Shown here: positions 1 through 7,928 of the stretch, in pieces
How the letters are laid out: every line of letters starts with the position of its first letter
How positions within the stretch are numbered: the first letter of the stretch is position 1
Virus record (IMG/VR): IMGVR_UViG_3300010400_000007
Origin: a virus
Strand: one strand, 5' to 3'
DNA length: 60,555 nucleotides
Made by a program: the position numbers and the translations under genes
The notes under the pieces: model-generated
Told to the model about the DNA's origin: nothing
The model's database searches: none
The model's input: the letters and a program-made list of their open reading frames with translations, nothing else

Positions 1-123
1 AGGGTCTTGACGCCGGCGGGCACGAAGCCGTCGGCCTCGGCCTGGCGCAGGCGCGTGAACAGCGGCGTCGCATTGCCGCTGGTGGTGATCCCGATGTCCT
101 CAGTCAGCTGAACGAACTGGCGC
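1..123. repeat. Terminal direct repeat, copy 1 (identical to 60433..60555)
   Basis: Read directly: agggtcttgacgccggcggg...aacgaactggcgc occurs at both window ends. Confidence 0.95.
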
Positions 124-983
124 TTCGCTTCGACCAGCGAGACCGCCTTGCCGCGCTCTTCCATCGCGCGGCCCCAGGCGACCGCGCGCCCGGCGTCCTC
201 GCCGTAGGTGTCTCGGTACTGGCCGTCGAACCAGTGCTTCGGGTCCTGCCGGCCACGCGCCTCCTGCGCGCGCCGCTGCGCCTCGTCGAGCTCGCGCTGG
301 AGCTGCTCCTCGCGCGTCTTGTAGGCGGTCCAAACGGCTGGGTCGATCCGCGCCGGATCGGGCTTCGGCGGCAAGTCGCCGCGCGCCGGCGGCGCCAGCC
401 CGAAGCCCTTCTGCACGGTCACCTGGGGCGTGCCCTCAGTGATGCCGCGCTTGGCGGCCTCGCTACGCGTGAGCGAGCGGGGCGACGACCTGCATCGATG
501 GTGCAGCGGCGGCCAGTGCGTGAGCCAGAAGGGGTCCCCCACTGGCTTGACCGTGCCGTTCAGCGACTCGCACAGCTTCGTCGTCCGGCTGTCGAGGATC
601 GCGTCGTACAGCAGGTAAGGCCGGCCGACCGCGAGGTCCGGGTCGGTGAGCTGGTACCAGCGCCCGGTGTTGTAGGCCGTCTGCGTCCAGTTGCGGAAGA
701 CCGTCTCGAGGTGAAAGCCGCTGATCCCGAGCTTGCCCGTCAGCTTCTCGCGGATCGACTTCTTGAAGTCCTCGAGCGAGCTCCCCTTCTCGAGCGCCGC
801 GGCGATCTCGTCGAAGATGGTCTGCACCGCCGAGAGCTCGAGGCTGCCCGCGATCCAGAACGCGGCCGCGCGCGACTTGTCGTCGAGCTCGCCGAGCTCG
901 TCGTGCGTGTAGGCCACGCGGCTTCGGAACCAGCCTACCGCCTCCTCGAAGCGCTCATGGTCGGCTGTGACGTCCCACGACAT
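1..983 (-). CDS. Head morphogenesis protein, MuF/SPP1 gp7 family, N-terminal part (gene continues at 59709..60432 across the junction; 568 aa in total)
   Basis: ATG at 983 (MSWDVTADHERF...) directly after the portal stop. MuF signature FRNWTQTAYNTGRW...LYDAILDSRTTKLCESLNGTV...WPPLHHRCRSS. Frame check: (983-23) is divisible by 3, matching ORF 59709..60455. Confidence 0.85.
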   Translation of the reverse strand, partial: MSWDVTADHERFEEAVGWFRSRVAYTHDELGELDDKSRAAAFWIAGSLELSAVQTIFDEIAAALEKGSSLEDFKKSIREKLTGKLGISGFHLETVFRNWTQTAYNTGRWYQLTDPDLAVGRPYLLYDAILDSRTTKLCESLNGTVKPVGDPFWLTHWPPLHHRCRSSPRSLTRSEAAKRGITEGTPQVTVQKGFGLAPPARGDLPPKPDPARIDPAVWTAYKTREEQLQRELDEAQRRAQEARGRQDPKHWFDGQYRDTYGEDAGRAVAWGRAMEERGKAVSLVEAKRQFVQLTEDIGITTSGNATPLFTRLRQAEADGFVPAGVKT

Positions 984-986
984 GGG

Positions 987-2663
987 TCACGCGTCTTCGC
1001 GCGCGCCCGCGGTGCCGGCGAGGTCGGCGAGGTAGAAGGCGTGCTGCAGGAGCGCGCGCAGCTCTTCGGGCGACTTCATCGCGCCCCAGCGTTCCGTGAC
1101 CGCGTCGCGAATCGCGTCCCAGCTCTTCGCGCCGTTGATGGCGTCGAGCAGCTGCTCGAGCAGCGTGTCTTCGATCTCCTCGCCCGCCGCCGGCTGCGTG
1201 TCTTTGACGACGTCGTCCACGTAGAGCTGGCCGCTGACGAAGCCGCTCGACTTCTCGGCGCGCGCGCCCGAAGCGAGCCGTGCCCGCGCCGCGCGCAGCG
1301 CGCGCGCATTCACCTTGCCGGCAGCGTCGTCCTCGCCAGGCGCGGGATCGCCCCCTGGCGCAGGGTCCGGCTCAGGCTCGGGCTCCTTGAGCTCGCCGAG
1401 GAACGTGAGGCCGAACTCCTCCTTGACCGCCTCGCCGTCGATCTCGAACCCCAGCTTCTGCATCTTGGTGAGCCCGTCGCCGAGCGTGTTCACCATCTGC
1501 GCGCGCTGGTTCTTGTCCTCTTCGGGCTCGACCGGGTACGTCGGCCAGGGCGCGAGGCGCGGGTCGCCGTAGTTGAACTGCGCCCACCACACGAGCGACT
1601 GGTCGTGCAGCGTCGTGCTGATGCTCGACGCGTCGAACCGCAGCTTCGCGTCGTCGCCGGTCTGTTTCTGCGTCTCCGTCGCAGCGCGCGAGCCGTCACC
1701 CTTGCTGATGCTGGTGGTGAGGTTGCCTCCGCGGATGCGCACCGCGATGGCGAGGTCCGCCATCTCGATCTGAGCCTGGTAGATGTCGCGTGTGTTGGCC
1801 TTGACCTCGACCAGGTCCAGTGAGAACCCGTTGGCCAGCGCGACCACTGCGTCCTCCCCGATGGAGGCGAGGTCTTGCGCCAGTTCCTTACGCTGTTTCT
1901 GCGTCGCGTCGTTGGGCGAGGTTGCTACGAGCGTGCCGGCCTTCTCGCCGTGTCGCGCCCAGTCGCTCATCGCGTACTGCTTGAGCAGCACCCAGCGCGC
2001 GAGCGAACGCCAAAGCCCGTGCGCCCACGGGCGCTGTGCACCGTAAGGCGCGTGCAGGATCCATTCGCCATCGCCGGGCACGAGCTCGAGCTCGCGGAGC
2101 TTGTCGTCCTGGATGGTCCAGCGCCGCAGCTGCCAGTCCCACTTGAGCGTTTGCGGGTGCCAGAAGCTCAGGGACGGCAGCACGCGGCCGCCGTGGTCCG
2201 CGCGCACCCGCCAAGGGGCTTGGTTTGCGGGCGCGAGGCCGAGCAAGATGCCCCACGAGAGCACCTGCGTGACCTCGCTCTCCGGGTACGCCTCCCACCA
2301 ATCCTCGCCTGCCTCGAGCGCCTTCACTGCCTGGTTGCGCTTGCGTCCCGCGCCCGGCTCGAAGGTCGGCTGCCGGCCCATCAGCGCCTCGGTGCGCGCG
2401 GACAGAGCGCCCGCTACACGATCGTCGGTCAGCAGCCAATCGCACAGGCTCGCGGCATACATCAAGTAGCCTTGCTCTGCTGTGAGCATGGCTAGCTTGA
2501 TCTTCTTCGGGTCCCAGTCCGCGATGAGCCGTACGCTCGGCGCTACTGCGGCAGCTCGGTCGTCGTCCCGCTCCTCAAAGCGCCTGCGCGGCGGCGGAAC
2601 AAGTGCCAGCTGACGTTTTTCGGCGACCCGCGCCTGGCGCGCGTAGCTGAAGAGCGGGTACAT
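987..2663 (-). CDS. Portal protein (Mu gp29/DUF935-like)
   Basis: 558-aa ORF between TerL and MuF. Size and position are typical of a portal. Acidic, Pro-rich C-terminal tail. Confidence 0.8.
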   Translation of the reverse strand: MYPLFSYARQARVAEKRQLALVPPPRRRFEERDDDRAAAVAPSVRLIADWDPKKIKLAMLTAEQGYLMYAASLCDWLLTDDRVAGALSARTEALMGRQPTFEPGAGRKRNQAVKALEAGEDWWEAYPESEVTQVLSWGILLGLAPANQAPWRVRADHGGRVLPSLSFWHPQTLKWDWQLRRWTIQDDKLRELELVPGDGEWILHAPYGAQRPWAHGLWRSLARWVLLKQYAMSDWARHGEKAGTLVATSPNDATQKQRKELAQDLASIGEDAVVALANGFSLDLVEVKANTRDIYQAQIEMADLAIAVRIRGGNLTTSISKGDGSRAATETQKQTGDDAKLRFDASSISTTLHDQSLVWWAQFNYGDPRLAPWPTYPVEPEEDKNQRAQMVNTLGDGLTKMQKLGFEIDGEAVKEEFGLTFLGELKEPEPEPDPAPGGDPAPGEDDAAGKVNARALRAARARLASGARAEKSSGFVSGQLYVDDVVKDTQPAAGEEIEDTLLEQLLDAINGAKSWDAIRDAVTERWGAMKSPEELRALLQHAFYLADLAGTAGAREDA

Positions 2664-2664
2664 G

Positions 2665-4002
2665 TCAGAGCCGCCTCGTGGATTTCACCCGCACGACACC
2701 GACGCCGTCGACCTCGGGTCCGAGCATGAGTTCGGTCAGCGCCCAGACGAGCGCGTCGAGGCGGTTCGGGCTCCAGGTCGAGACGCCCGGCTCCCACTGG
2801 CACATTTGATCCTCGAGCAAAGGGAACATGCCCACGTGGTGGACGCGCCCCTGCTCGTAGAGACTCGCGATCGGCTCAGCACGTACCGCCTTGCCGCGCG
2901 TTGCCCGCACTTGTTTGAACGAGACGTTCCGATCGATCGACTTGACGTTCGACTCGACGAGGTCGCCACCGTTGTTTACCTCGCCAATGATGCGGTCAGC
3001 CTCGAGCGTGCTGTACAGCGCGATCGCGCCCTTGCCCCACTGCTCCGGCGTGGGCTTGATGATCGACCCATCAGCGAGCACGTATCCGTGCCCATCCTCC
3101 CCGAGCGCGGCCGCCACGATGCCGGTCTCCGCCTCCTCGGCTTCGCTCGAGACCGACGGGTCGACGCCGACGACGATGCGCACGAACTCTGGCGGCTTGT
3201 GGACCCGAAGGTCGTCGATCATCGCCTTGCGCTTCCACAGCGCGCCCGGCGCGTCGTCGAGCACCTCCGCGTCGAGCTCCTGCCGGCCGAGGCGCGTGCC
3301 CTGGTACTTCCGCAGGATGTGGCTCAGCCACTTCGGCGCGACGTTGCCGACGTTCTCGTAGGTGCTGCCCTTGGTGATGCGGCTGAGTGGATCGGCGAGC
3401 AGCTCCTTGATGATCTGCGTCGGGCGCGGCGTCGTCGTGATTATCGCGCGCGGGTTGCGTCCGAGGCGCAGCCCTAGGCAGAGCTGGTCCCAGGCATCCG
3501 GATACCGCCACTTCGCGAGCTCGTCGCACCACGCGCCATCGTGCTGCGGACCGCGCAGCTGGTCAGGCTCATCGGCGCTATAGGTGGTCGCCATCGCGCC
3601 GTTCGGCCAGGTGAGCAGCCGGTTCGAGGGCTGATACTCCGGGCGGAACCACGGCGGCGCGATCGCGAGGATGCCGCTCTCGCCCTTGACCATGACGTCG
3701 CGAGCATCCGCGACCGTCTCTGCCACCAGGGCGATGCGGCCGCACGCGCCGCTCTCTGCCTGCGCCTGGGTCCACTGCGCACCGGTGCGTGTCTTGCCGA
3801 AGCCGCGACCGGCGAGGATCACCCAGAACTGCCAGTCGCCAGGTGGCGTCTGCTGTTTGGGTCGCCCCCAGAACGTCCAGTCGTACTCGAGGGCCTTTGC
3901 CTCCTCCTCGCTCAGCGACTCGAGGAAGCGCGCCTGCTCCGCGGGATCAAGCGCTAGCTGCTCCGCCAGGCTCAGATCCTTCGCGGCGCTTGCGGAGCTC
4001 AT
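2665..4002 (-). CDS. terL: Terminase large subunit
   Basis: Walker A-like VILAGRGFGKTRTG. Walker B/nuclease-type acidic motifs (IVVGVDPS, GDLVE). Lies next to TerS and the portal. Confidence 0.85.
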   Translation of the reverse strand: MSSASAAKDLSLAEQLALDPAEQARFLESLSEEEAKALEYDWTFWGRPKQQTPPGDWQFWVILAGRGFGKTRTGAQWTQAQAESGACGRIALVAETVADARDVMVKGESGILAIAPPWFRPEYQPSNRLLTWPNGAMATTYSADEPDQLRGPQHDGAWCDELAKWRYPDAWDQLCLGLRLGRNPRAIITTTPRPTQIIKELLADPLSRITKGSTYENVGNVAPKWLSHILRKYQGTRLGRQELDAEVLDDAPGALWKRKAMIDDLRVHKPPEFVRIVVGVDPSVSSEAEEAETGIVAAALGEDGHGYVLADGSIIKPTPEQWGKGAIALYSTLEADRIIGEVNNGGDLVESNVKSIDRNVSFKQVRATRGKAVRAEPIASLYEQGRVHHVGMFPLLEDQMCQWEPGVSTWSPNRLDALVWALTELMLGPEVDGVGVVRVKSTRRL

Positions 4003-4513
4003 CCAACTTCCCGGCGAGCGAGGTCTTGGCCGACACCATCTCGACGCTCACGTCGAGCTTCTCCGGAGCCTTCAGCCCGAAGTGGCCCATCAGCAGCTCA
4101 AGCGCCGCCACCTTCGGGTGCAGCTCGACCTGGATCGTCGTCTTGCCGCGCGTGGTCGTCTGCTTCAGCGACTTGATGCAGCGGCGCGCCGCGGGCGTGA
4201 GGTCGTCGAGCCTGCGCACCGTGAAGTAGCGGCCGTCCTTGCTGCTGCTGATCACGTTGCCGATGTCGGAGAGGCCGACGATGCCCAACTCGGCGATCAC
4301 CTGCGCGCCGCTGATCGCCGCGCGCTCCTCCGCTCTCTTTCGAGCCGCTTGGACCGCGTCTTGGATGGCAACATTTGTCAACAGCCGCTGGCCGATGGAG
4401 CGGGCCGTCTTGGCGCTGTAGCCCGCTCGAGCAGCCGCGCGTGTCGCGTTGGAATCCTTGAGGTATTCCAAAACGAATCGCCGCTGTTTATCGCTCAGCT
4501 CGCTACTTCCCAT
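3947..4513 (-). CDS. terS: Terminase small subunit (Terminase_2-like)
   Basis: N-terminus LSDKQRRFVLEYLKDSNATRAAARAGYSAKTARSIGQRLL is the classic TerS HTH. Immediately upstream of terL. Confidence 0.8.
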   Translation of the reverse strand: MGSSELSDKQRRFVLEYLKDSNATRAAARAGYSAKTARSIGQRLLTNVAIQDAVQAARKRAEERAAISGAQVIAELGIVGLSDIGNVISSSKDGRYFTVRRLDDLTPAARRCIKSLKQTTTRGKTTIQVELHPKVAALELLMGHFGLKAPEKLDVSVEMVSAKTSLAGKLDELRKRREGSEPGGAASA

Positions 4514-4532
4514 CGCGCGCCACCTTCGGTCT

Positions 4533-4623
4533 TGGTAGCGGAGGCTGGAGTTGAACCAGCTTCTCGGGGTTATGGGCCCCGCGAGTTTCCCTTTCTCTTC
4601 CCCGCCCTAGCGTTCGCTCCGCA
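4533..4623 (-). ncRNA. tRNA-like element with CAU anticodon loop, T arm, acceptor 3' strand and encoded CCA; the D region is aberrant (non-canonical tRNA or tRNA 3' fragment)
   Basis: Minus strand: stem CGGGG/CCCCG with loop CCCAUAA (4581..4565), T arm GCUGG-UUCAACU-CCAGC, then CUCCGCU-A-CCA ending at 4533. Complementary GCGGAG at 4622..4617. The 35-nt purine tract between them does not fold as a D arm. Confidence 0.45.
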
Positions 4624-4725
4624 TGGAGCGTCTTCGCTTCGTCCGGACCCGACGCGTACATCCCGCCGAGGTCCGCCCCAGCGTAGCCAAAGTCGCACGG
4701 TTTCCCGGCGCGCGACAAGTGGGGC

Positions 4726-4962
4726 TCAGCAGGCTTTTTGCCTGATTTGTCCGCTTTGCCCGATATGTCCACTTGGCGGGCGCCGAATCGGTCTGGTCGC
4801 CGCGCGGAACGCGTCGATGGCCGAGAGCGGGATGCGCCAATGGCCGCCCACGCCTGTGCGGTACGCACCGACCAGCTGCCCCGATTCGCAGAGACGTCCC
4901 ACGGTCTTGCGGTTGAAGCCCAACTCCTCCCCAGCCTGCACCGCGGTCATGATCATCGGCAT
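4726..4962 (-). CDS. Excisionase-family (HTH_17/MerR-like) DNA-binding protein
   Basis: AGEELGFNRKTVGRLCESGQLVGAYRTGVGGHWRIPLSAIDAF matches the excisionase-type HTH pattern. Paralogous to the N-terminus of the next gene. Confidence 0.65.
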   Translation of the reverse strand: MPMIMTAVQAGEELGFNRKTVGRLCESGQLVGAYRTGVGGHWRIPLSAIDAFRAATRPIRRPPSGHIGQSGQIRQKAC

Positions 4963-5420
4963 GATGCACCCCCTCCTACAGCTTCAGAGCACAGCGCCGC
5001 CTTGACGGGTTCCGAGGCGAACCACTCGCCCCGGACCCGGTGCTGCGCGAACCGTTGATGCAGCTGTCGCTCCTCCGCCAAGCCGCCATCGAACACCGCG
5101 ACGAGCTCCACATCGATCGGCAGCATCGTTCTGAGCCCGGCGATTCGTTGCTTGACGTTCGTTGCGGTTCCTATCTTGACGAGCCCGAGCGAGGGCGCCT
5201 CGAGCAGGTAGATGTACGGGCCCTTCACAGGCACCGGCTGATCGGCGACTGGCGGCGCCGGCAGCAGTGCGAGCACTGATGCGCGCGGGATGCGCCAATG
5301 CCTGCCGCCCGTGACGAAGGCATCAGCCAGCACCCCATCGGCGCAGAGGCGTCCGACCGCTCCGCGGGTGACGCCCAGCAGCTTCGCTGCTTCGCCGCTG
5401 CTCAGAACCTCGCTACGCAC
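4953..5420 (-). CDS. HTH_17 domain fused to a T5orf172/GIY-YIG-like domain
   Basis: N-terminus SGEAAKLLGVTRGAVGRLCADGVL...GRHWRIPRASV. C-terminus YIYLLEAP..GLVKIGTATNVKQRIAGL...ERQLHQRFAQHRVRGEWF (T5orf172 pattern). Confidence 0.65.
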   Translation of the reverse strand: MRSEVLSSGEAAKLLGVTRGAVGRLCADGVLADAFVTGGRHWRIPRASVLALLPAPPVADQPVPVKGPYIYLLEAPSLGLVKIGTATNVKQRIAGLRTMLPIDVELVAVFDGGLAEERQLHQRFAQHRVRGEWFASEPVKAALCSEAVGGGASCR

Positions 5421-6262
5421 CCTTCTGCCTCCGGTCGTCGTGCCCAGACACGCGGTGCGGGGATAAGCCCCCGTTCCGCCAGCTCCTCCTCAGCGCGCCG
5501 GCGGCCAGCGCGCACCAGCGCTTGAAGGTCGCCCACCGACACGCCGAAGCGCTCGGCCAGCTCGTCGTAGGCCGGCATGACGGCGACGACGCCGGGCGTC
5601 CGCGCGAGCAGCAGCGCCATGCGCTGGGGCTGGCTCAGGCTCGCGTGCGCGCCCTCGGGATAGGCGAGTTCGAGTGCGAGTCGGACGGCCACGAGTTCGC
5701 CTGCGCGGTGCAGGAGCGGGTCGTCCGGGCGGCTCGCGCCGCCATCGCTGTCGCAGCCGCGCTGCAAACGCGCGATGATGCCGCCGAGCGCACTGGGCCC
5801 GACGCGGTCGTGTCGCTCCCACTCGGCCAGCGCGACCAGCGCGGCCGCGAGGCTGGGCCATCGCGGCGCGTTCTCGGGCTTGCGCAGCTGGTGCTCGCGA
5901 TTGTGCGCGCTGACCTCGCGCGCGCCCCACACGTTCGCTTCGCGCTCCCAGTCGCAGATAACGCACTCGCCGCACTTGCGGTGCTCGCCGCCCTTGCACG
6001 ACCCGGCCCAGAGCGGCGCCGTGAGGCGCGGCGGCGGGTCGGCCTTCGGCGCGAGCACCTTCTTGAGCTCCGCGTCGGTCGCGTCGCGTTCGGCCTTGCG
6101 CCTGCGGGGCGGCATCACCTTGCCCTCACGCTTCAGCCTGCGGCAGACCTTGCACGTCACCTTCGTCAGGTCGGTCTCGGTGTCGACGAACGGCCAGCCG
6201 CACAGTCCGGTGCGACCGACATCGCCCGGCTTGCTCGCGTCGTAGTGCACCGCGCGACTCAT
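5402..6262 (-). CDS. Cys-rich protein with C-terminal sigma-70 region-4-like HTH (candidate late-gene regulator)
   Basis: CxxC clusters (VTCKVCRRL; CKGGEHRKCGECVIC). C-terminus LSQPQRMALLLAR...YDELAERFGVSVGDLQALVRAGRRRAEEEL resembles sigma region 4. Confidence 0.45.
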   Translation of the reverse strand: MSRAVHYDASKPGDVGRTGLCGWPFVDTETDLTKVTCKVCRRLKREGKVMPPRRRKAERDATDAELKKVLAPKADPPPRLTAPLWAGSCKGGEHRKCGECVICDWEREANVWGAREVSAHNREHQLRKPENAPRWPSLAAALVALAEWERHDRVGPSALGGIIARLQRGCDSDGGASRPDDPLLHRAGELVAVRLALELAYPEGAHASLSQPQRMALLLARTPGVVAVMPAYDELAERFGVSVGDLQALVRAGRRRAEEELAERGLIPAPRVWARRPEAEGCVARF

Positions 6263-6726
6263 ACCGACACCACGCTCAGGCGCTTGGCGATCTCAGGCCG
6301 CTCGGCGCACAGCAGCTTGTACTTGAGCTTCCACTCGGGCGTCTCGTGCCCCTTCACTTCGACGAAGCGCACGGAGCCATCCCGCTCGAGGATCATGAAG
6401 TCCACGCGGTAAGTGATGCCCTCCGACAGCTTGATCGGGACCTGCTCGAGCCAATCGGCGATCACGCCCAGTCGCCGCTGGTTGCAAAGCGACGCGGCGA
6501 AGCGCGCCTCGGCCTTGCTGGCGTAGCCGTCCGTGCGCACGGCGTTGAACTTGTTGCGGCCGCGGCGGCGCTTCTTGAGCTCCTGCTCCAGCAGCTCTGC
6601 CGGCGACTGACCAGGCGCGAGCTCGAGCCGCTCCGTGGCAGCGCGCGGGCGCGGCGTTGCGGGCTTGCGGCTCGGCAGCGCGCGCAGCCCACGAAGCACA
6701 GAGCGGTTGATCTCGCTCTCTTTCAC
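6259..6726 (-). CDS. DUF1064-like PD-(D/E)xK nuclease (Holliday-junction resolvase-like)
   Basis: NKFNAVRTDGYASKAEARFAASL...YRVDFMILERDGSVRFVEVKGHETPEWKLKYKLL fits the DUF1064 pattern. ATGA coupling to both neighbours. Confidence 0.6.
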   Translation of the reverse strand: MKESEINRSVLRGLRALPSRKPATPRPRAATERLELAPGQSPAELLEQELKKRRRGRNKFNAVRTDGYASKAEARFAASLCNQRRLGVIADWLEQVPIKLSEGITYRVDFMILERDGSVRFVEVKGHETPEWKLKYKLLCAERPEIAKRLSVVSV

Positions 6727-6923
6727 GACGCGTTACCCTTCGCCTTCTCGCGCATGCGCAGAAACTTGCGGTGCGCATTCGTCAGCGCGCGGTTGCGCAC
6801 GATCACGCTCGCGTCGCGTCCCTCGCGCACGGCATTCAGGAGCGCATCCATCGCCACGACCTCCTCCTCGGTGAACGTCGTCGCCAGGGGGCTGGGGGGG
6901 GGGCGCTTGATTTCGTCGCTCAT
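6723..6923 (-). CDS. Hypothetical protein (66 aa)
   Basis: ATG at 6923 preceded by AGGAGG. High GC3. The upstream part of the tracked ORF is Arg-rich junk. Confidence 0.55.
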   Translation of the reverse strand: MSDEIKRPPPSPLATTFTEEEVVAMDALLNAVREGRDASVIVRNRALTNAHRKFLRMREKAKGNAS

Positions 6924-6975
6924 GCTCGACCTCCTGCCCGCGGGCACCAAAGGAACCATCGAACGCGACACGGCT

Positions 6976-7281
6976 TCATGCGGCGCTCCGACGCGCGGCG
7001 CGCGCCATCGCCGCGCGCGTAGAGAGCGGGAGGGCCTCGAGCGAGGCGCTGGCAAGTCGCTCCGCAGCGAGCTCGCGGTCGAGCTCGTCCGCTGCTGCCT
7101 GTTCGGCAGCCCGTCTCTGCTCGGCCAGCACCGCACGGCCTTTCACCCAGGTGCCTACGACGCTCGCGAAGCTGATGGCGCAGGCGCTGCACATGACGCC
7201 CGAGACGCCGCAGAACGCATAGTGCTCCGCGTCGCGTAGCCGCTTGATCCGTTGCCCGCACAACTTGCACGCGCGGCTCAC
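6976..7281 (-). CDS. Small zinc-ribbon protein
   Basis: GTG start overlaps the stop of the DnaC-like gene (GTGA). CKLCGQR...CGVSGVMCSAC motif followed by a coiled-coil tail. Only the 3' third of tracked ORF 6976..7728 looks coding. Confidence 0.45.
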   Translation of the reverse strand: MSRACKLCGQRIKRLRDAEHYAFCGVSGVMCSACAISFASVVGTWVKGRAVLAEQRRAAEQAAADELDRELAAERLASASLEALPLSTRAAMARAARRSAA

Positions 7282-7928
7282 AGCGACTTCCTCCGGAGGT
7301 CGTCGCCCTGGACCTCGACGAATGCGCCTTGATGCTCGATGCGCCGCACCGTTCGATCGCCGTAGCGCTCGGAAAATGCGTCGCGGCTCATGTTGCCGGT
7401 CAGGATCGTCAACGCGCCGCTCACCTGCCTCGCGTTCACCAGATCCCAGAGGCACGACTCCATGCGCGCGTCGGCGTCCTCCGTGCCGAGGTCGTCCACG
7501 ACGACGAGCTTGCCAAGGTGGAGCTCCTCGAGCTTCGCGCGCTCGCTGAACCGCGGCGAGGAGGCGCGCCGGTGGAGCTCCGGCGCCGAGACGTAGTAGC
7601 CGCCGAGCTCGGCGAGCACGGTGCACGCGGCGACCGTCTTGCCGCGGCTCGGAGGGCCGAGCAGCACCAGGAAGCGCATGGGGCGACCGTCGCGAGAGCG
7701 CCGCAGACCGCGCGCGGTCTCGAACCACAGATTCGTGGTGCGCAGCGCGGGGTAGTCCTTGAACGTGCCGGCGATGATCGCTTCGACGTCCTCGGGCGTG
7801 ATCGCCGGCTTGATGCGGGCGAGGTTGAGCGCGCGTCTCGTCTTCGCTTCCGCGCGCTCAACCGCCTCGCGGTCGGGCACGTCGACCAGATCGAAAAGCT
7901 TCGCGTTCATGTCCTCGAACAGCTTCAC
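7278..7928 (-). CDS. DnaC/IstB-like AAA+ helicase loader
   Basis: Walker A LLGPPSRGKT, Walker B LVVVDDLGTE, sensor region ILTGNMS. Follows the initiator gene. Confidence 0.75.
   Translation of the reverse strand: MKLFEDMNAKLFDLVDVPDREAVERAEAKTRRALNLARIKPAITPEDVEAIIAGTFKDYPALRTTNLWFETARGLRRSRDGRPMRFLVLLGPPSRGKTVAACTVLAELGGYYVSAPELHRRASSPRFSERAKLEELHLGKLVVVDDLGTEDADARMESCLWDLVNARQVSGALTILTGNMSRDAFSERYGDRTVRRIEHQGAFVEVQGDDLRRKSL

Noticed and set aside
100-333. 77-aa minus-strand ORF
   Set aside because: It is an alternative frame inside the MuF gene. It is Arg/Ala/Gly-rich junk, and the true frame is the one continuous with 983 and 60455.
234-1823. 529-aa plus-strand ORF, the longest ORF at the left end
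   Set aside because: It is antisense to the MuF and portal genes. It is extremely Arg/Leu/Ala/Val-rich with no motifs, a typical shadow ORF of a GC-rich coding strand.
4533-4623. Calling the CAU element a canonical tRNA-Met gene
   Set aside because: No D stem can be drawn, and there are 35 nt instead of about 19 between the acceptor and the anticodon stem. Position 33 is C, and the 1:72 pair would be U-U. It is kept only as a tRNA-like element or fragment.
6976-7728. 250-aa minus-strand ORF overlapping the DnaC-like gene
   Set aside because: The 5' two-thirds are Arg-rich and overlap 7278..7928 out of frame. Only the 3' 101 codons (6976..7281) were kept as a small zinc-ribbon gene.
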